Shown here piece after piece: positions 7,377 through 16,759 of a stretch of 64,000 bases of DNA (its first letter is position 1; every line of letters starts with the position of its first letter). The position numbers were made by a program, and so were the translations under genes. The stretch comes from an uncultured Rhodospirillaceae bacterium (GTDB lineage: Bacteria; Pseudomonadota; Alphaproteobacteria; JAEULC01). The notes under the pieces are model-generated. The model saw only the letters and a list, made by a program, of their open reading frames with translations. It did not search any database and was not told where the DNA came from. The stretch covers positions 258 to 64,257 of the forward strand of contig CAYMTM010000001.1 in assembly GCA_964393375.1 (NCBI GenBank), in the 5' to 3' direction.

Positions 7377-9989
7377 GTGATCCCCCGAATCCTTCATTAT
7401 GTCTGGGTCGGCGGTCGGCCGCTGCCGGAGAAATCCAGGATCAATATCGAGACCTGGAAGCGGTTCTGCCCGGATTTCGAGATCCGGGCCTGGACCGACG
7501 ACAACGTCGCCTTCGACCGGCCATACCTGGCGCGCTGCCGGGCGCTCGGCCACTGGGCCAACGCGTCGAACTACTTGCGGCTGGAGAAGCTGCTGGAGCA
7601 CGGCGGAGTCTACCTGGACGTCGATATCATGATGCGCCGGACGTTGGCACCTATGCTGCGAAATCGCTGTTTCCTGGGATTCCAGGTCGAGGCCCAGGAG
7701 AACGACTGGGTCAACAATGCGGTCTTCGGCGCCGAGCCCGCCCACTGGTTCGTTGCGCTGTGCCGCGACCGCCTGCTGGCTGAATTCGACGGCGCCGAGC
7801 CGGCGAACCACTCCTCGCCCCGATTGGTGACAAGGCTCCTGCTCGAGCAAGGATTGACCCGCTATCGCCCGGGCGGCGTAATGGTGCGGGACGTCCGTGT
7901 CTATCCGCAGCCGGTATTCTATCCCTACTCGTGGAAGGAGGAGTTCACGCTGGGGGCGATCAGGCCGGAGACGGCGACGGTGCATTTCTGGGAGAAATCC
8001 TGGCACATTGATGCGGCTGCCCGACCGGTCGGCGACGAGGAATTGCGTGCGCGGCTGGCGAGGCTCGAGATCGCGCATCATCGCCTGATCCGCGACGCCG
8101 TGCTGGCGGTCGCGCCGCGGCCCGAGGGTCGGTGGTCGTGGGCGGGACTTCGCTATTGGTTCCAGCGCCTGGGCCGTCCCCGCCGGCACGCGGTCAGGCC
8201 GCTGCTACTGGCGGGCGCGACGTCCTTGTGGGCGTTGCTTGCGTCGCCGGTTCTCGCGGCAGCCGCTTGCGGCCTTTCTTTCGACGATGCCGGCTTGCGC
8301 GCAGGCCCGGTGGTAACCGGCGGGGCGACGGTCAGGCGGGTGGGGTGCGCATCCGACGCCGCCTCTACCCATCATTGTATCGCCATCGTGCTGGAAAGCG
8401 GCGATCGTGCGTCCGTGGCGCGCTTTACCGCCGCCGCCCCGCGGCCGTACCGGCTTTGGCTGCGGGTAGGCACCGATGCGCGGTCGGGCAAGATGCGGCT
8501 GGGACTCAACGACGGCCCGGTGCGCGACTGGTTCGTTCCGCCGACGCAGGCCGGTAACTGGCAGCTTGTTACGCTGCCGGACGGTAGGACGCCCGCGATG
8601 TTCGATCTCAAACCGGGCGAGAACAGCCTGCGTATCGAGCCGCCGACCGATGGCAGGACCGTCGCGGCGGCGGATTGCGCCGTATTGTCGGCCGACCCGC
8701 ATTTCATCCCCACCTTCACGGCCGTGCACGAGCTCGACCGCGCCTGGTCGGGCGTCGGCGTGCTGTTCGACGCCTTGGCCGACGAGCGCAACGTCTATGT
8801 CGGCTATTACAATGCCGAGCGGATGCTGTCGGCGGCATCGTTCGATCGCGACACCAGATCGTGGCGCCGCGTGCCGCTGGCCAGCCGGTTCGAGGGCTGG
8901 GACAACCACAACGCCATCGCTCTGGCGCTCGACAAGGCGGGCAATCTGCATGTCGCCGGCAACATGCATGCCTCGCCGCTGGTCTATGCCCGCACGGCCG
9001 AGCCGCGCCGCCTGGAAACGTTGCAGCTGCTCAACCGCATGGTCGGGTCGGACGAGGCCAGGACGACCTATCCGACCTGGGTGGCGATGCCCGATGGCGG
9101 CTTGGCCTTCATCTATCGCTCGGGCGTTAGCGGGACAGGGCAGCACGTCATCGACGTCCTGGTCGACGGCCAGTGGCGCCGGCAAGGCGACGCGGCGCTG
9201 TTCGGCCAGGCTTCCGGCGGCTTCAGCGCCTATCCGACCGATCCGCTGCGCGGACCGGATGGCCGGCTGCACATGGCCTGGGTTTGGCGGCGGACGTCGG
9301 AGGCGCAGACGACCTTCCAGGTTTCCTATGCGCGCAGCCGGGACTTGGTTCACTGGGAAGACGCGGCCGGCAAGCCGCTCCAGTTGCCGCTGCGGCCGGG
9401 GCCGATGGGCGTGGTCGACAACGTGCCGGAGCGGGCGGGCCTGGCCAACCAGGTGGTCCTTGGGTTCGACGCCGAGGGCCGGCCGATCGTCTCCTACCTG
9501 AAGTTCGACGCCAAGGGCGCGACACAGCTCTACAACGCGCGGCCGACGGCCGCGGGGTCCTGGCAGATCGTCCAGACCAGCGACTGGCAGGACCGTTGGG
9601 AATTCGAAGGCCGCGGCACGATCCAGGCGCTGGTCCGCCTCGAGGCGGCGGCAGTGGACGATGCCGGGGCGCTGGTCCAGGGGGTGCGGCACTGGCGCGC
9701 CGGTCGGTTCGAGTTCGTGCTCGATCCCGGAACGCTGCGGCCCGTGGCGGCGCGTCCGCCCAAGCGCATGCTGCCCTGGGTGCTGACCCAGCCGAGCACG
9801 GACGAGCCCGGCTTCTTCGCGATTGCGATCCCGGTCCGCGACGCGCGGGCCGCCGGCAAGCCGACCGGCTTCGTCCTGCGCTGGGAGGCGCAGAACAGCG
9901 ACCGCGACGCAATGCCTGCCTGCACGCCGCAGCGCCCGCGCGCCTGCGACCCGCCGCCGTCGCTGTTGACGGTGTTGGAGAAACGATGA
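7377..9989 (+). CDS. glycosyltransferase (sugar-binding DXD-region family, GT32/Gly_transf_sug-like) fused via a TM segment to a C-terminal BNR_4-like beta-propeller domain
   Basis: GTG 7377 has SD GGAGA 7 nt upstream; ATG 7332 is an in-frame alternative. The N-terminus has ILHYVWVGG..P and YLDVDIMM (DXD), typical of the sugar-binding DXD GT family. A hydrophobic stretch LLAGATSLWALLASPVLAAAA follows at aa ~280-305. The C-terminal ~550 aa carries repeated His/Trp-rich blades (NLHVAGNMHASPLVY, RLHMAWVWRRT) resembling BNR_4-type propellers. The propeller assignment is tentative. Confidence 0.65.
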   Translation: MIPRILHYVWVGGRPLPEKSRINIETWKRFCPDFEIRAWTDDNVAFDRPYLARCRALGHWANASNYLRLEKLLEHGGVYLDVDIMMRRTLAPMLRNRCFLGFQVEAQENDWVNNAVFGAEPAHWFVALCRDRLLAEFDGAEPANHSSPRLVTRLLLEQGLTRYRPGGVMVRDVRVYPQPVFYPYSWKEEFTLGAIRPETATVHFWEKSWHIDAAARPVGDEELRARLARLEIAHHRLIRDAVLAVAPRPEGRWSWAGLRYWFQRLGRPRRHAVRPLLLAGATSLWALLASPVLAAAACGLSFDDAGLRAGPVVTGGATVRRVGCASDAASTHHCIAIVLESGDRASVARFTAAAPRPYRLWLRVGTDARSGKMRLGLNDGPVRDWFVPPTQAGNWQLVTLPDGRTPAMFDLKPGENSLRIEPPTDGRTVAAADCAVLSADPHFIPTFTAVHELDRAWSGVGVLFDALADERNVYVGYYNAERMLSAASFDRDTRSWRRVPLASRFEGWDNHNAIALALDKAGNLHVAGNMHASPLVYARTAEPRRLETLQLLNRMVGSDEARTTYPTWVAMPDGGLAFIYRSGVSGTGQHVIDVLVDGQWRRQGDAALFGQASGGFSAYPTDPLRGPDGRLHMAWVWRRTSEAQTTFQVSYARSRDLVHWEDAAGKPLQLPLRPGPMGVVDNVPERAGLANQVVLGFDAEGRPIVSYLKFDAKGATQLYNARPTAAGSWQIVQTSDWQDRWEFEGRGTIQALVRLEAAAVDDAGALVQGVRHWRAGRFEFVLDPGTLRPVAARPPKRMLPWVLTQPSTDEPGFFAIAIPVRDARAAGKPTGFVLRWEAQNSDRDAMPACTPQRPRACDPPPSLLTVLEKR

Positions 9990-10831
9990 CCGAGCCGCGC
10001 AAGTTCGACGGGGTGGGCGGTCGCCTCGTCGTACTGGCGGTCACGACGTTCAACCGCCGCGACTATCTGCGCGAATGCCTGGAATCCTGGGCGGCGACGC
10101 GCAACCCCGCCTATCGCTGGCTGGTCGTCGTCGCGGACGACGGCTCGACCGACGGCACGCTGAATTATCTCGAAAAGCCCGACATCCCGGCAGATTGCCA
10201 TCTGATCCGCAATGTCCGACGCGGCGCAGGCGGCCAGACAAACACGATCTTCCAGCTCTGCCGCCGGCTGGACTACGCCATCGGCTTCAAGATCGACGAC
10301 GACCTGGTCTTCAAGCGGAAGGGCTGGGACGACCTTTACATCAATGCCGTTCGCAGGAGCGGCTACGAGCATCTCTGCCACCTGAATCTGCGGCTGTTCA
10401 ACGCCGAGCGTCGCCCGCCGGTGCCGCTCTCGGCGGGCAGGCCGCTGGCCCTCGACCCGTCGGGGAGCTGCGCCGCCTACACCGACGTATACAACTGCAT
10501 GGGCTGCCTGTTCACTTTCACCCCCAGGCTGCTCGCGGCGGTTGGCAATGTCGATGAGTCCAACTTCCCGATCCGCGGCGACTGGCATATCGACTATTCG
10601 GCCCGCGCGGCACGCGCCGGCTTCAACCGCGTCGACACGTTCTTCGACGCCCGCGACAGCGGCCGCTATATCGACATCCAGAACAACCTGAAAAGCGTCT
10701 ATCAGCATACGATCGCGCCGCACAGCGCGCAGATGCGCGCCGTCTCCAGCCCCGCCGAGATCGAACGCCGGCGCAAGGTGGTGCGTGACGAGACCCGCGT
10801 CTTCGTGGAGATGGCAAAAAAGGCGGGCTGA
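9986..10831 (+). CDS. GT2-like glycosyltransferase, paralogue of the middle domain of the 1207-aa protein
   Basis: Its ATG overlaps the upstream stop as ATGA at 9986-9989. The 281-aa product (VVLAVTTFNRRDYLRECLESW..VVVADDGSTDGTL..FKIDDDLVFKRKGWD..CMGCLFTFTP..NFPIRGDWHIDYS) aligns residue-for-residue, at roughly 50-55 % identity, with aa ~635-900 of ORF 3683..7306. The longer 9173 start in the track is an off-frame extension. Confidence 0.75.
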   Translation: MTEPRKFDGVGGRLVVLAVTTFNRRDYLRECLESWAATRNPAYRWLVVVADDGSTDGTLNYLEKPDIPADCHLIRNVRRGAGGQTNTIFQLCRRLDYAIGFKIDDDLVFKRKGWDDLYINAVRRSGYEHLCHLNLRLFNAERRPPVPLSAGRPLALDPSGSCAAYTDVYNCMGCLFTFTPRLLAAVGNVDESNFPIRGDWHIDYSARAARAGFNRVDTFFDARDSGRYIDIQNNLKSVYQHTIAPHSAQMRAVSSPAEIERRRKVVRDETRVFVEMAKKAG

Positions 10832-10873
10832 GCCCCTATAATGCCGGCAGCGAAGCCCGGGAGGAGGGCGGCA

Positions 10874-11290
10874 ATGCCGGTGATTTATGTGGCAAGGAGC
10901 TTGTTGCTGCAGAAGTGGAGCGCCGAGGTGGGGCTCGGCAAGCACGTCTACAAGGTCGGGATCGGCGAGGGCAAGGCAGCCGAGATCGAAGCGGCGCTCA
11001 ATGCGCAGAGCCTGGCCGGAATGACTGACTGGAAGGCATTGAAAGTGCAGAAGCTCGATGAACCGGTCGACGAGGCCGCCGCGCTCGCCCGGCTGGCCGG
11101 GCGCGAGAAGGAGATCGACCCCAATTTCTATCCCCGGATCCGGGGCGCACGCGGCATCTTCAAGGTGAAGGTCGAGAACGTCGCCAATTCATTGCTGGTG
11201 CAGCAGGCGCTCGGCACCGGCGAGCTGAAGATCGACAAGGTGAAACCCGCCGATATAGCCGCCTACCTGATCCGCAACGCAATCGAGTAG
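10874..11290 (+). CDS. small hypothetical protein (possible GIY-YIG/T5orf172-like N-terminal motif)
   Basis: 138 aa from ATG 10874, preceded by SD GGGAGGAGGG. The N-terminus PVIYVARS...HVYKVGIGEG loosely resembles T5orf172/GIY-YIG openings. No confident family assignment. The 10841 ATG is an in-frame alternative. Confidence 0.45.
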   Translation: MPVIYVARSLLLQKWSAEVGLGKHVYKVGIGEGKAAEIEAALNAQSLAGMTDWKALKVQKLDEPVDEAAALARLAGREKEIDPNFYPRIRGARGIFKVKVENVANSLLVQQALGTGELKIDKVKPADIAAYLIRNAIE

Positions 11291-11295
11291 ACGGG

Positions 11296-12258
11296 CTATG
11301 ATCCCGGAAAATGACAGGCCGCGGCCTGGGGCCCGGTCGCGCGCAAGCCGGGCTCTTGCGCTGCGCAGATCGCCTGCGCCTTGGGACAGCGCGTCCGGAA
11401 GCGGCAGCCCGATGGCAGGTTGCCCGGATCGGGCGGCTCGCCCTCCAGCCAGAAATCCCGGGTGACGCGGGCGCCGCCGATCTTGGGGATCGCGGCCAGC
11501 AGCGAACGTGTATAGGGATGCTGCGGCCGGTCGAAGATCGCCTCGACCGGACCGGTCTCGACGATCCTGCCCAGGTACATCACCGCCACGCGCCGGCACA
11601 TCATGCGCACGACCGCAAGGTCGTGGCTGATCAGGATGTAGGTGAGGCTGAATATGCGCCGGAGGTCGGCGAACAGGTTCAGCACCGTCGCCTGCACCGA
11701 GACGTCGAGACCGGAGGTCGGCTCGTCGAGGATCACCACCTTGGGCTGCAGCGTCAGGATGCGTGCCAGGCCGACACGCCGCTGCTGGCCGCCGCTGATC
11801 TCGTGCGGGTAGAGGTCGAGATGCGTCGCGGGCAAGCCGACCGCGGCCATGATCTCGCGCACCCGCGCCTCGCGCGCCGCGGCCGAAAGGTCGGTGTGGA
11901 TGACGAGCGGCTCATGCAACGACGAACGGATTTTCCAGCGCGGGTCGAGCGAGGTGCCAGGGTCCTGGTAGGCGTATTGCAGGTGTCGGCGCAGAGCACG
12001 GCTCTTGCTCGGCTTGACCCCGGCGATCTCGGCGCCCTCGAAGCGGATGCTGCCGGCGTCGGGCTGATGGATGCCCATGATCGTCTTGCCGAGCGTCGAC
12101 TTGCCGCAGCCGCTTTCGCCAACCAGGCCGATGATCTCTCCCGGCATCAGGTCGAACGAGACGTCGTCCAGCGCCTTGATCCAGCCGATGCGCCGGTTGA
12201 AGGCGCCCCGGATGGGGAAGTAGCGGCGCAACCCGCGAATGCTGAGGATCGGTTCCAT
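11296..12258 (-). CDS. ABC transporter ATP-binding protein (oligopeptide/dipeptide DppF/OppF type)
   Basis: Walker A GESGCGKST, signature LSGGQQQRV, Walker B ILDEPTS, and a C-terminal oligopeptide-type extension with Cys residues. Start at MEPILS, 5 nt after the upstream ATPase stop (translational coupling). Confidence 0.85.
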   Translation of the reverse strand: MEPILSIRGLRRYFPIRGAFNRRIGWIKALDDVSFDLMPGEIIGLVGESGCGKSTLGKTIMGIHQPDAGSIRFEGAEIAGVKPSKSRALRRHLQYAYQDPGTSLDPRWKIRSSLHEPLVIHTDLSAAAREARVREIMAAVGLPATHLDLYPHEISGGQQRRVGLARILTLQPKVVILDEPTSGLDVSVQATVLNLFADLRRIFSLTYILISHDLAVVRMMCRRVAVMYLGRIVETGPVEAIFDRPQHPYTRSLLAAIPKIGGARVTRDFWLEGEPPDPGNLPSGCRFRTRCPKAQAICAAQEPGLRATGPQAAACHFPGS

Positions 12259-12262
12259 GGAG

Positions 12263-13258
12263 TCACGCCTGCGGGTGGTAGCAGCGTACGGCATGGCGGT
12301 AGCCGGGCAGGCTGACGGGCGGGCGGTCGCGCCAGCAAGAGTCGTCGGCGCGCGTGCAGCGCGGATGGAACCGGCATCCCTGCGGCGGGTCGATCAGGCT
12401 CGGGACTTCGCCGGGAATTCCCTGCACCTTGCCGTCGGCGCGCGGCAGGCTGGCGAGCAACCGCGCCGTATACGGATGCGCGGGGCGACCGAAGAAGGCG
12501 TCGGTCGGGGCGGTCTCGACCTCCTGGCCGGCATACATCACCGTGATCGCGTCGCAGATCTCGTAGGCCGTGCCGAGATCGTGCGTCGTCAACAACACCG
12601 CCACGCCGCGCTCGGTCGCCAATCGCCGCAGCAATTTCAGGATCTGGGCCTGGATCGTGACATCGAGCGCCGTGGTCGGCTCGTCGGCGATCACCAGCCG
12701 CGGTTCGGGCAGCAGCGCCATGGCGATCATCAGGCGCTGGCGCTGGCCGCCCGACACCTCGTGCGGGTATTTCGCCAGCACTTGGCGCGGCTGCGGCAAT
12801 TGCACGGCGTCGAGCATCGCCAGAACCGCGTCGCGATCGGCGGCCTGACGCGCCCGCGGATAGAGGCGCTCGGTGCCGCCGCGGCGCGGCGACTTCCAGC
12901 GCATGATCTCCATCATCTGCGTGCCGATGGTGAAGACCGGGTTGAACGAGGTGAAGGGATCCTGGGGGATGAACGTAATCGCCCGGCCGCGCACCTCGTC
13001 GTTCAGGACCGCATCGCAGGCCGACAACAGGTCCCTGCCCTCGAAGCGTATCCGGCCGCGGTCGACCGCCACGACATGGCGCGGCAGGACACCCAGTACG
13101 GCGCGGGCCAGGGTCGTCTTGCCGCAGCCGCTCTCGCCGACCAGGCCCATGACCTGGCCGGCCTCGATCGCAAGATTTACCCCGTCCAGCACGCGCGCCA
13201 GCCCGGCATCCGTGCGGAAGCCGAGCGAGAGATCCTCGACGGAGAGCAGTTCAGGCAT
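12263..13258 (-). CDS. ABC transporter ATP-binding protein (DppD/OppD type)
   Basis: GESGCGKTT Walker A, YPHEVSGGQRQRLMIAMAL, ADEPTTALDV. Its start overlaps the permease stop by 8 nt. Confidence 0.85.
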   Translation of the reverse strand: MPELLSVEDLSLGFRTDAGLARVLDGVNLAIEAGQVMGLVGESGCGKTTLARAVLGVLPRHVVAVDRGRIRFEGRDLLSACDAVLNDEVRGRAITFIPQDPFTSFNPVFTIGTQMMEIMRWKSPRRGGTERLYPRARQAADRDAVLAMLDAVQLPQPRQVLAKYPHEVSGGQRQRLMIAMALLPEPRLVIADEPTTALDVTIQAQILKLLRRLATERGVAVLLTTHDLGTAYEICDAITVMYAGQEVETAPTDAFFGRPAHPYTARLLASLPRADGKVQGIPGEVPSLIDPPQGCRFHPRCTRADDSCWRDRPPVSLPGYRHAVRCYHPQA

Positions 13259-14117
13259 TGCGGCCGACCGCGCGTCGGATGCGCGGATCGAGGATGTCGC
13301 GCAATCCGTCGCCCAGCAGATTGAAGCCCATCACCACCATGAAAATCGCGATCCCCGGCGCGGTGGCGTACCACCATGCCTCGGGCAGGAATTCGCGCGA
13401 CTCGGCGATCATCCGGCCCCATTCCGGCGCCGGCGGCGGGGCGCCGAGGCCAAGGAAGCCCAGGGCTGCGGCGGTGAGGATCGTCGCCCCCATGCCGATC
13501 GAGGTGCGCACGATAATCGCCGAGGCGATGTTGGGCAGGATATGCATCACCATCACGCGAAAGGACGAGGCGCCCAGTGCGATGGCCGATTCGACGAATA
13601 CCTCGTTCTTGACCGAGCGCGTCTCCGCATAGACCAGGCGCGCCCAGAACGGCCAGTAGGTGATGCTGAGGGCCAGGATCACGTTCTCGATCGAGGGGCC
13701 CAGGGTCTGCGCGATGGCGATGGCCAGCACGATCTGCGGCACGGCCAGGAAGATGTCGGATATCCGCATCAGAAAATTGCTGGCCCAGCCGGTGTAGAAC
13801 CCGGCGACGAGCCCGATCGGCACGCCGACGACGACTGCGGTCCCGACCGCGATGACCGCGATGGTGATGGTGATGCGTGCGCCGAACAGGATGCGGCTCA
13901 GCAGGTCGCTGCCCATCCGGTCGGTGCCCAGCAGGTTGACCGCGTCGGGCGGCCGCAGGCGATTGGCGGTGTGGAACTCGTAGACGTCCGCCGGGAAGGG
14001 CGAAAGCACCGGCGCGAATACCGCCGCGAGCATCAAGAGCAGGATCAGGCTGGCGCCGAGCATCGCCGCGCGGTCGGCAAGGAAGCGCGCGAGCGTTCGG
14101 CGCCACGCCCCGGTCAT
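13251..14117 (-). CDS. ABC transporter permease (DppC/OppC type)
   Basis: 288 aa with a polytopic hydrophobic profile. Permease motifs of the binding-protein-dependent family are present (ALSITYWPFWARLV..). There is a 4-nt overlap with the upstream permease. Confidence 0.85.
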   Translation of the reverse strand: MTGAWRRTLARFLADRAAMLGASLILLLMLAAVFAPVLSPFPADVYEFHTANRLRPPDAVNLLGTDRMGSDLLSRILFGARITITIAVIAVGTAVVVGVPIGLVAGFYTGWASNFLMRISDIFLAVPQIVLAIAIAQTLGPSIENVILALSITYWPFWARLVYAETRSVKNEVFVESAIALGASSFRVMVMHILPNIASAIIVRTSIGMGATILTAAALGFLGLGAPPPAPEWGRMIAESREFLPEAWWYATAPGIAIFMVVMGFNLLGDGLRDILDPRIRRAVGRNA

Positions 14118-15118
14118 CGCGCCCCCCGCGGGTCGATGACCGAGTGCACGATGTCCACCAGCAGGTTGACCACCACGATCAATCCGCCGGTCCAGATCGT
14201 GAAGCCGATGATCGCCTTGTGGTCGGACTGCAGGATCGACTGCACCGCGAAGCTGCCGAGGCCGGGCCAGTCGAACACGGTTTCGATCACCACGGCATTG
14301 GTCAGCAGCACGCCGAAGATCAGGCCGATCTGTGTGACCGTCGAGATCAGCGCGTTGCGCAGCACATATTTCCAGACGATCAGCCGGGGCGGTATGCCCA
14401 TGGCGCGCTGGTAAAGCACGTGGTTGCTGTTGATGACCTCCAGCACGCCGGCGCGCGCGAAGCGCACGATCGTCGCCGCGGCAGGCAGCGCCAGGGTGAC
14501 GGCGGGCAGGGCGAGATGCGCAAGGGCGCTGCGCAGCGATTCCCAGTCGCGGCTGATCAGGGAATCGAGCACCATGAAGCCGGTTATGGGATCGGGCCCG
14601 AAGCCGTCGATGCGGCCGTTGAGCGGCGCGAGGCGCAGCTTCATCGAGAACAGGAACTGCAGCTCCATCGCCAGCCAGAAGGCGGCGATGGCGAGGCCGG
14701 ACACGCTGAGCACGCGCAGCAGGTGGTCGATCCAGGCATTGCGCTTGAGCGCCGAAACCACACCCAGCGGGATGCCGAGGGCGATCGCCAGGGCAATCGC
14801 GGCCAAGGACAGTTCGAGCGTGGCGGGCAGGCGCTTGGCCAGATCCTCGGAGATCGGCCGCTGGGTGTAGATGCTGACGCCCAGATTGCCGGACAGGACG
14901 TCGCGGAAATGGTTCAGCAATTGAATTGGGATCGGCTTGTCGTAGCCCAGCTTGACGCGCAGCGCCTCGACCTGCTCCACGGTGGCGTTCTCGCCCGCCA
15001 GGATGCGCACCGGGTCGGTCGGGATGACGTTGGAAATCAGGAAGACGATGACGATCAGCCCCGCCATGGTCGGGAAGAACCAGGCGAGCCGCGAAAGCAC
15101 CATTTCCAGACGGCGCAT
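14114..15118 (-). CDS. ABC transporter permease (DppB/OppB type)
   Basis: 334 aa. The N-terminus has FLISNVIPTDPVRILAGENAT, typical of DppB/OppB. A conserved EAA-like loop is present. Confidence 0.85.
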   Translation of the reverse strand: MRRLEMVLSRLAWFFPTMAGLIVIVFLISNVIPTDPVRILAGENATVEQVEALRVKLGYDKPIPIQLLNHFRDVLSGNLGVSIYTQRPISEDLAKRLPATLELSLAAIALAIALGIPLGVVSALKRNAWIDHLLRVLSVSGLAIAAFWLAMELQFLFSMKLRLAPLNGRIDGFGPDPITGFMVLDSLISRDWESLRSALAHLALPAVTLALPAAATIVRFARAGVLEVINSNHVLYQRAMGIPPRLIVWKYVLRNALISTVTQIGLIFGVLLTNAVVIETVFDWPGLGSFAVQSILQSDHKAIIGFTIWTGGLIVVVNLLVDIVHSVIDPRGAR

Positions 15119-15190
15119 GTGATGGCCCCGCTAGAAAGCCGACGGCGGCCCGCTGCCCCGGGCCGCCGTGCGACTATAAGGCAGAAGCGG

Positions 15191-16732
15191 CTACTTGAAC
15201 GAGGCCCAACGCACGTCCTGGCCGCTGCCGATCGGGCAGAAGCGGATGCCCTGGACGTTCGCCGCGTATGGGCCGTACCACTTCGTGTTGTAGACGAAGA
15301 TGCCCATGGCCTCTTCGGTCACCTTGCGCGCCGCCTTCTCGTAGAGCTCCTGGCGCTTCTCCTGGTCGGTGATGGCGAGCGCCTCGTTGATCCACTTATC
15401 GAGCTCGTCATCCTTGTTGTAGGAGTAGTTGCGCGTCCCGAGGTAGCGCGACCCGTAGAGCTCACCCACCCAGTTGTTGGGGTCCACGTAGTAGGTGCTC
15501 TTCCAGAGCGGGACCATGTCGTAGTTCTTCTCGCGGTCCTGCATGCGGCTCTGGACGACCTGCCAGGGGGCCGATTCGATCTTGATCTCGATGCCGATCT
15601 TCTTGGCGGCGTTCTGCAACAGTGTCGCCGCCTGCTCCGTCTCGCTGAAGCCGGCGAGCGTGCCGATGGTGATCGGGCGGATCGGCTCCTTGACCAGCGC
15701 GAGCTCCGCCTTGGCCTTCTCCAGGTCGTAGGTGAAGCCCTTGAGATCCTTGGGCGCGCCCCAAAGGTTGTTCGGGTTCGGCCCCGGATTACGCGCGACG
15801 GCGCCTTTCAGGATGTCCTTGATGAACCCGTCGTAGTCGAAGGCATAGGCAAGCGCCTTGCGGAAATGCACGTCGTTCAGCGGCGAGCGGCCGTTGTGGA
15901 TCGAGAAGTAGAAAACGCGCATCGATTCCTGCTCGAGAATCTGCACGCTCTTCTCCTGCTTCAGCCGCAGGATCTGGTCGTAGGGCAGATAGCCGTCGGT
16001 CCCATGGTAGTCGCCCTTGATCAGGCCCTGGACCCGCGTGTTGGTCTCCAGCACGGTGCGGAACTCGATCTCGTCGAAGGCTTTCGGCCCCCAGCCCGCG
16101 AAATGCTCCTTGAAGCGCTCGCCGATGAAGCCCACGGCCGGATCGTAGCGCTTCAGCTTGAAAGAACCGGTGCTGGCCACGTTCTTCGCGAGCCAGGCCT
16201 GGCCCCAGTCGCCGTCCTTCTCGTTCGCCTTCACCAGCTTGGAGTTGACGATCAATATTTCCGGAATGGTCGAAATGAAGATGGCCGAGGCCTCTTTCAG
16301 GTTGAAGACGACCGTGTGCTTGTCCGGCGCCTTGGTGGAGCCTGGGTCGATGATCGGGATGAACAGCGAGGCCGCGCCCTTTTTCATCGCCAGCATGCGC
16401 TCGATGCTGTAGACCACGTCGTCGGCGGTCATCTCGCTGCCGTCGTGGAACTTGACGCCCTTCTTCAGCTTGAAGGTCCAGGTCTTGCCGTCAGCCGAGG
16501 CGCTGTGGCTTTCGGCCAACCACGGAATCAGCTTGGGCGGGTTGTCGACCCATCGGTAAAGCCCGTCATAAAAATTGATGCGCGAGGCGGCGCGGCCCAC
16601 GTCGAAGATCGCATGGGGATCGAGGTTGTCGTAGCCGCTGTTGTTGGCGTGGACGTATTTGCCCTGTGCGAGCGCGAGCGCCGGCGCCGACGCGGCCAGG
16701 ACGGCGATCAGACCGATCAGTGTTCGCTTCAT
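15191..16732 (-). CDS. ABC transporter substrate-binding protein, family 5 (peptide/nickel/opine type), periplasmic
   Basis: 513 aa. Signal peptide MKRTLIGLIAVLAASAPALALAQG. Strong SD AGGAGGGAGAC before the ATG. Family-5 SBP length and motifs. It is the first gene of the five-gene ABC operon. Confidence 0.85.
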   Translation of the reverse strand: MKRTLIGLIAVLAASAPALALAQGKYVHANNSGYDNLDPHAIFDVGRAASRINFYDGLYRWVDNPPKLIPWLAESHSASADGKTWTFKLKKGVKFHDGSEMTADDVVYSIERMLAMKKGAASLFIPIIDPGSTKAPDKHTVVFNLKEASAIFISTIPEILIVNSKLVKANEKDGDWGQAWLAKNVASTGSFKLKRYDPAVGFIGERFKEHFAGWGPKAFDEIEFRTVLETNTRVQGLIKGDYHGTDGYLPYDQILRLKQEKSVQILEQESMRVFYFSIHNGRSPLNDVHFRKALAYAFDYDGFIKDILKGAVARNPGPNPNNLWGAPKDLKGFTYDLEKAKAELALVKEPIRPITIGTLAGFSETEQAATLLQNAAKKIGIEIKIESAPWQVVQSRMQDREKNYDMVPLWKSTYYVDPNNWVGELYGSRYLGTRNYSYNKDDELDKWINEALAITDQEKRQELYEKAARKVTEEAMGIFVYNTKWYGPYAANVQGIRFCPIGSGQDVRWASFK

Positions 16733-16759
16733 GTCTCCCTCCTTTTCGCTTCCCTTGTG

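Noticed and set aside
8205-10945. minus-strand ORFs 8205..9692, 9223..10053 and 9530..10945
   Set aside because: Antisense to GT genes. Composition typical of GC-rich noise.
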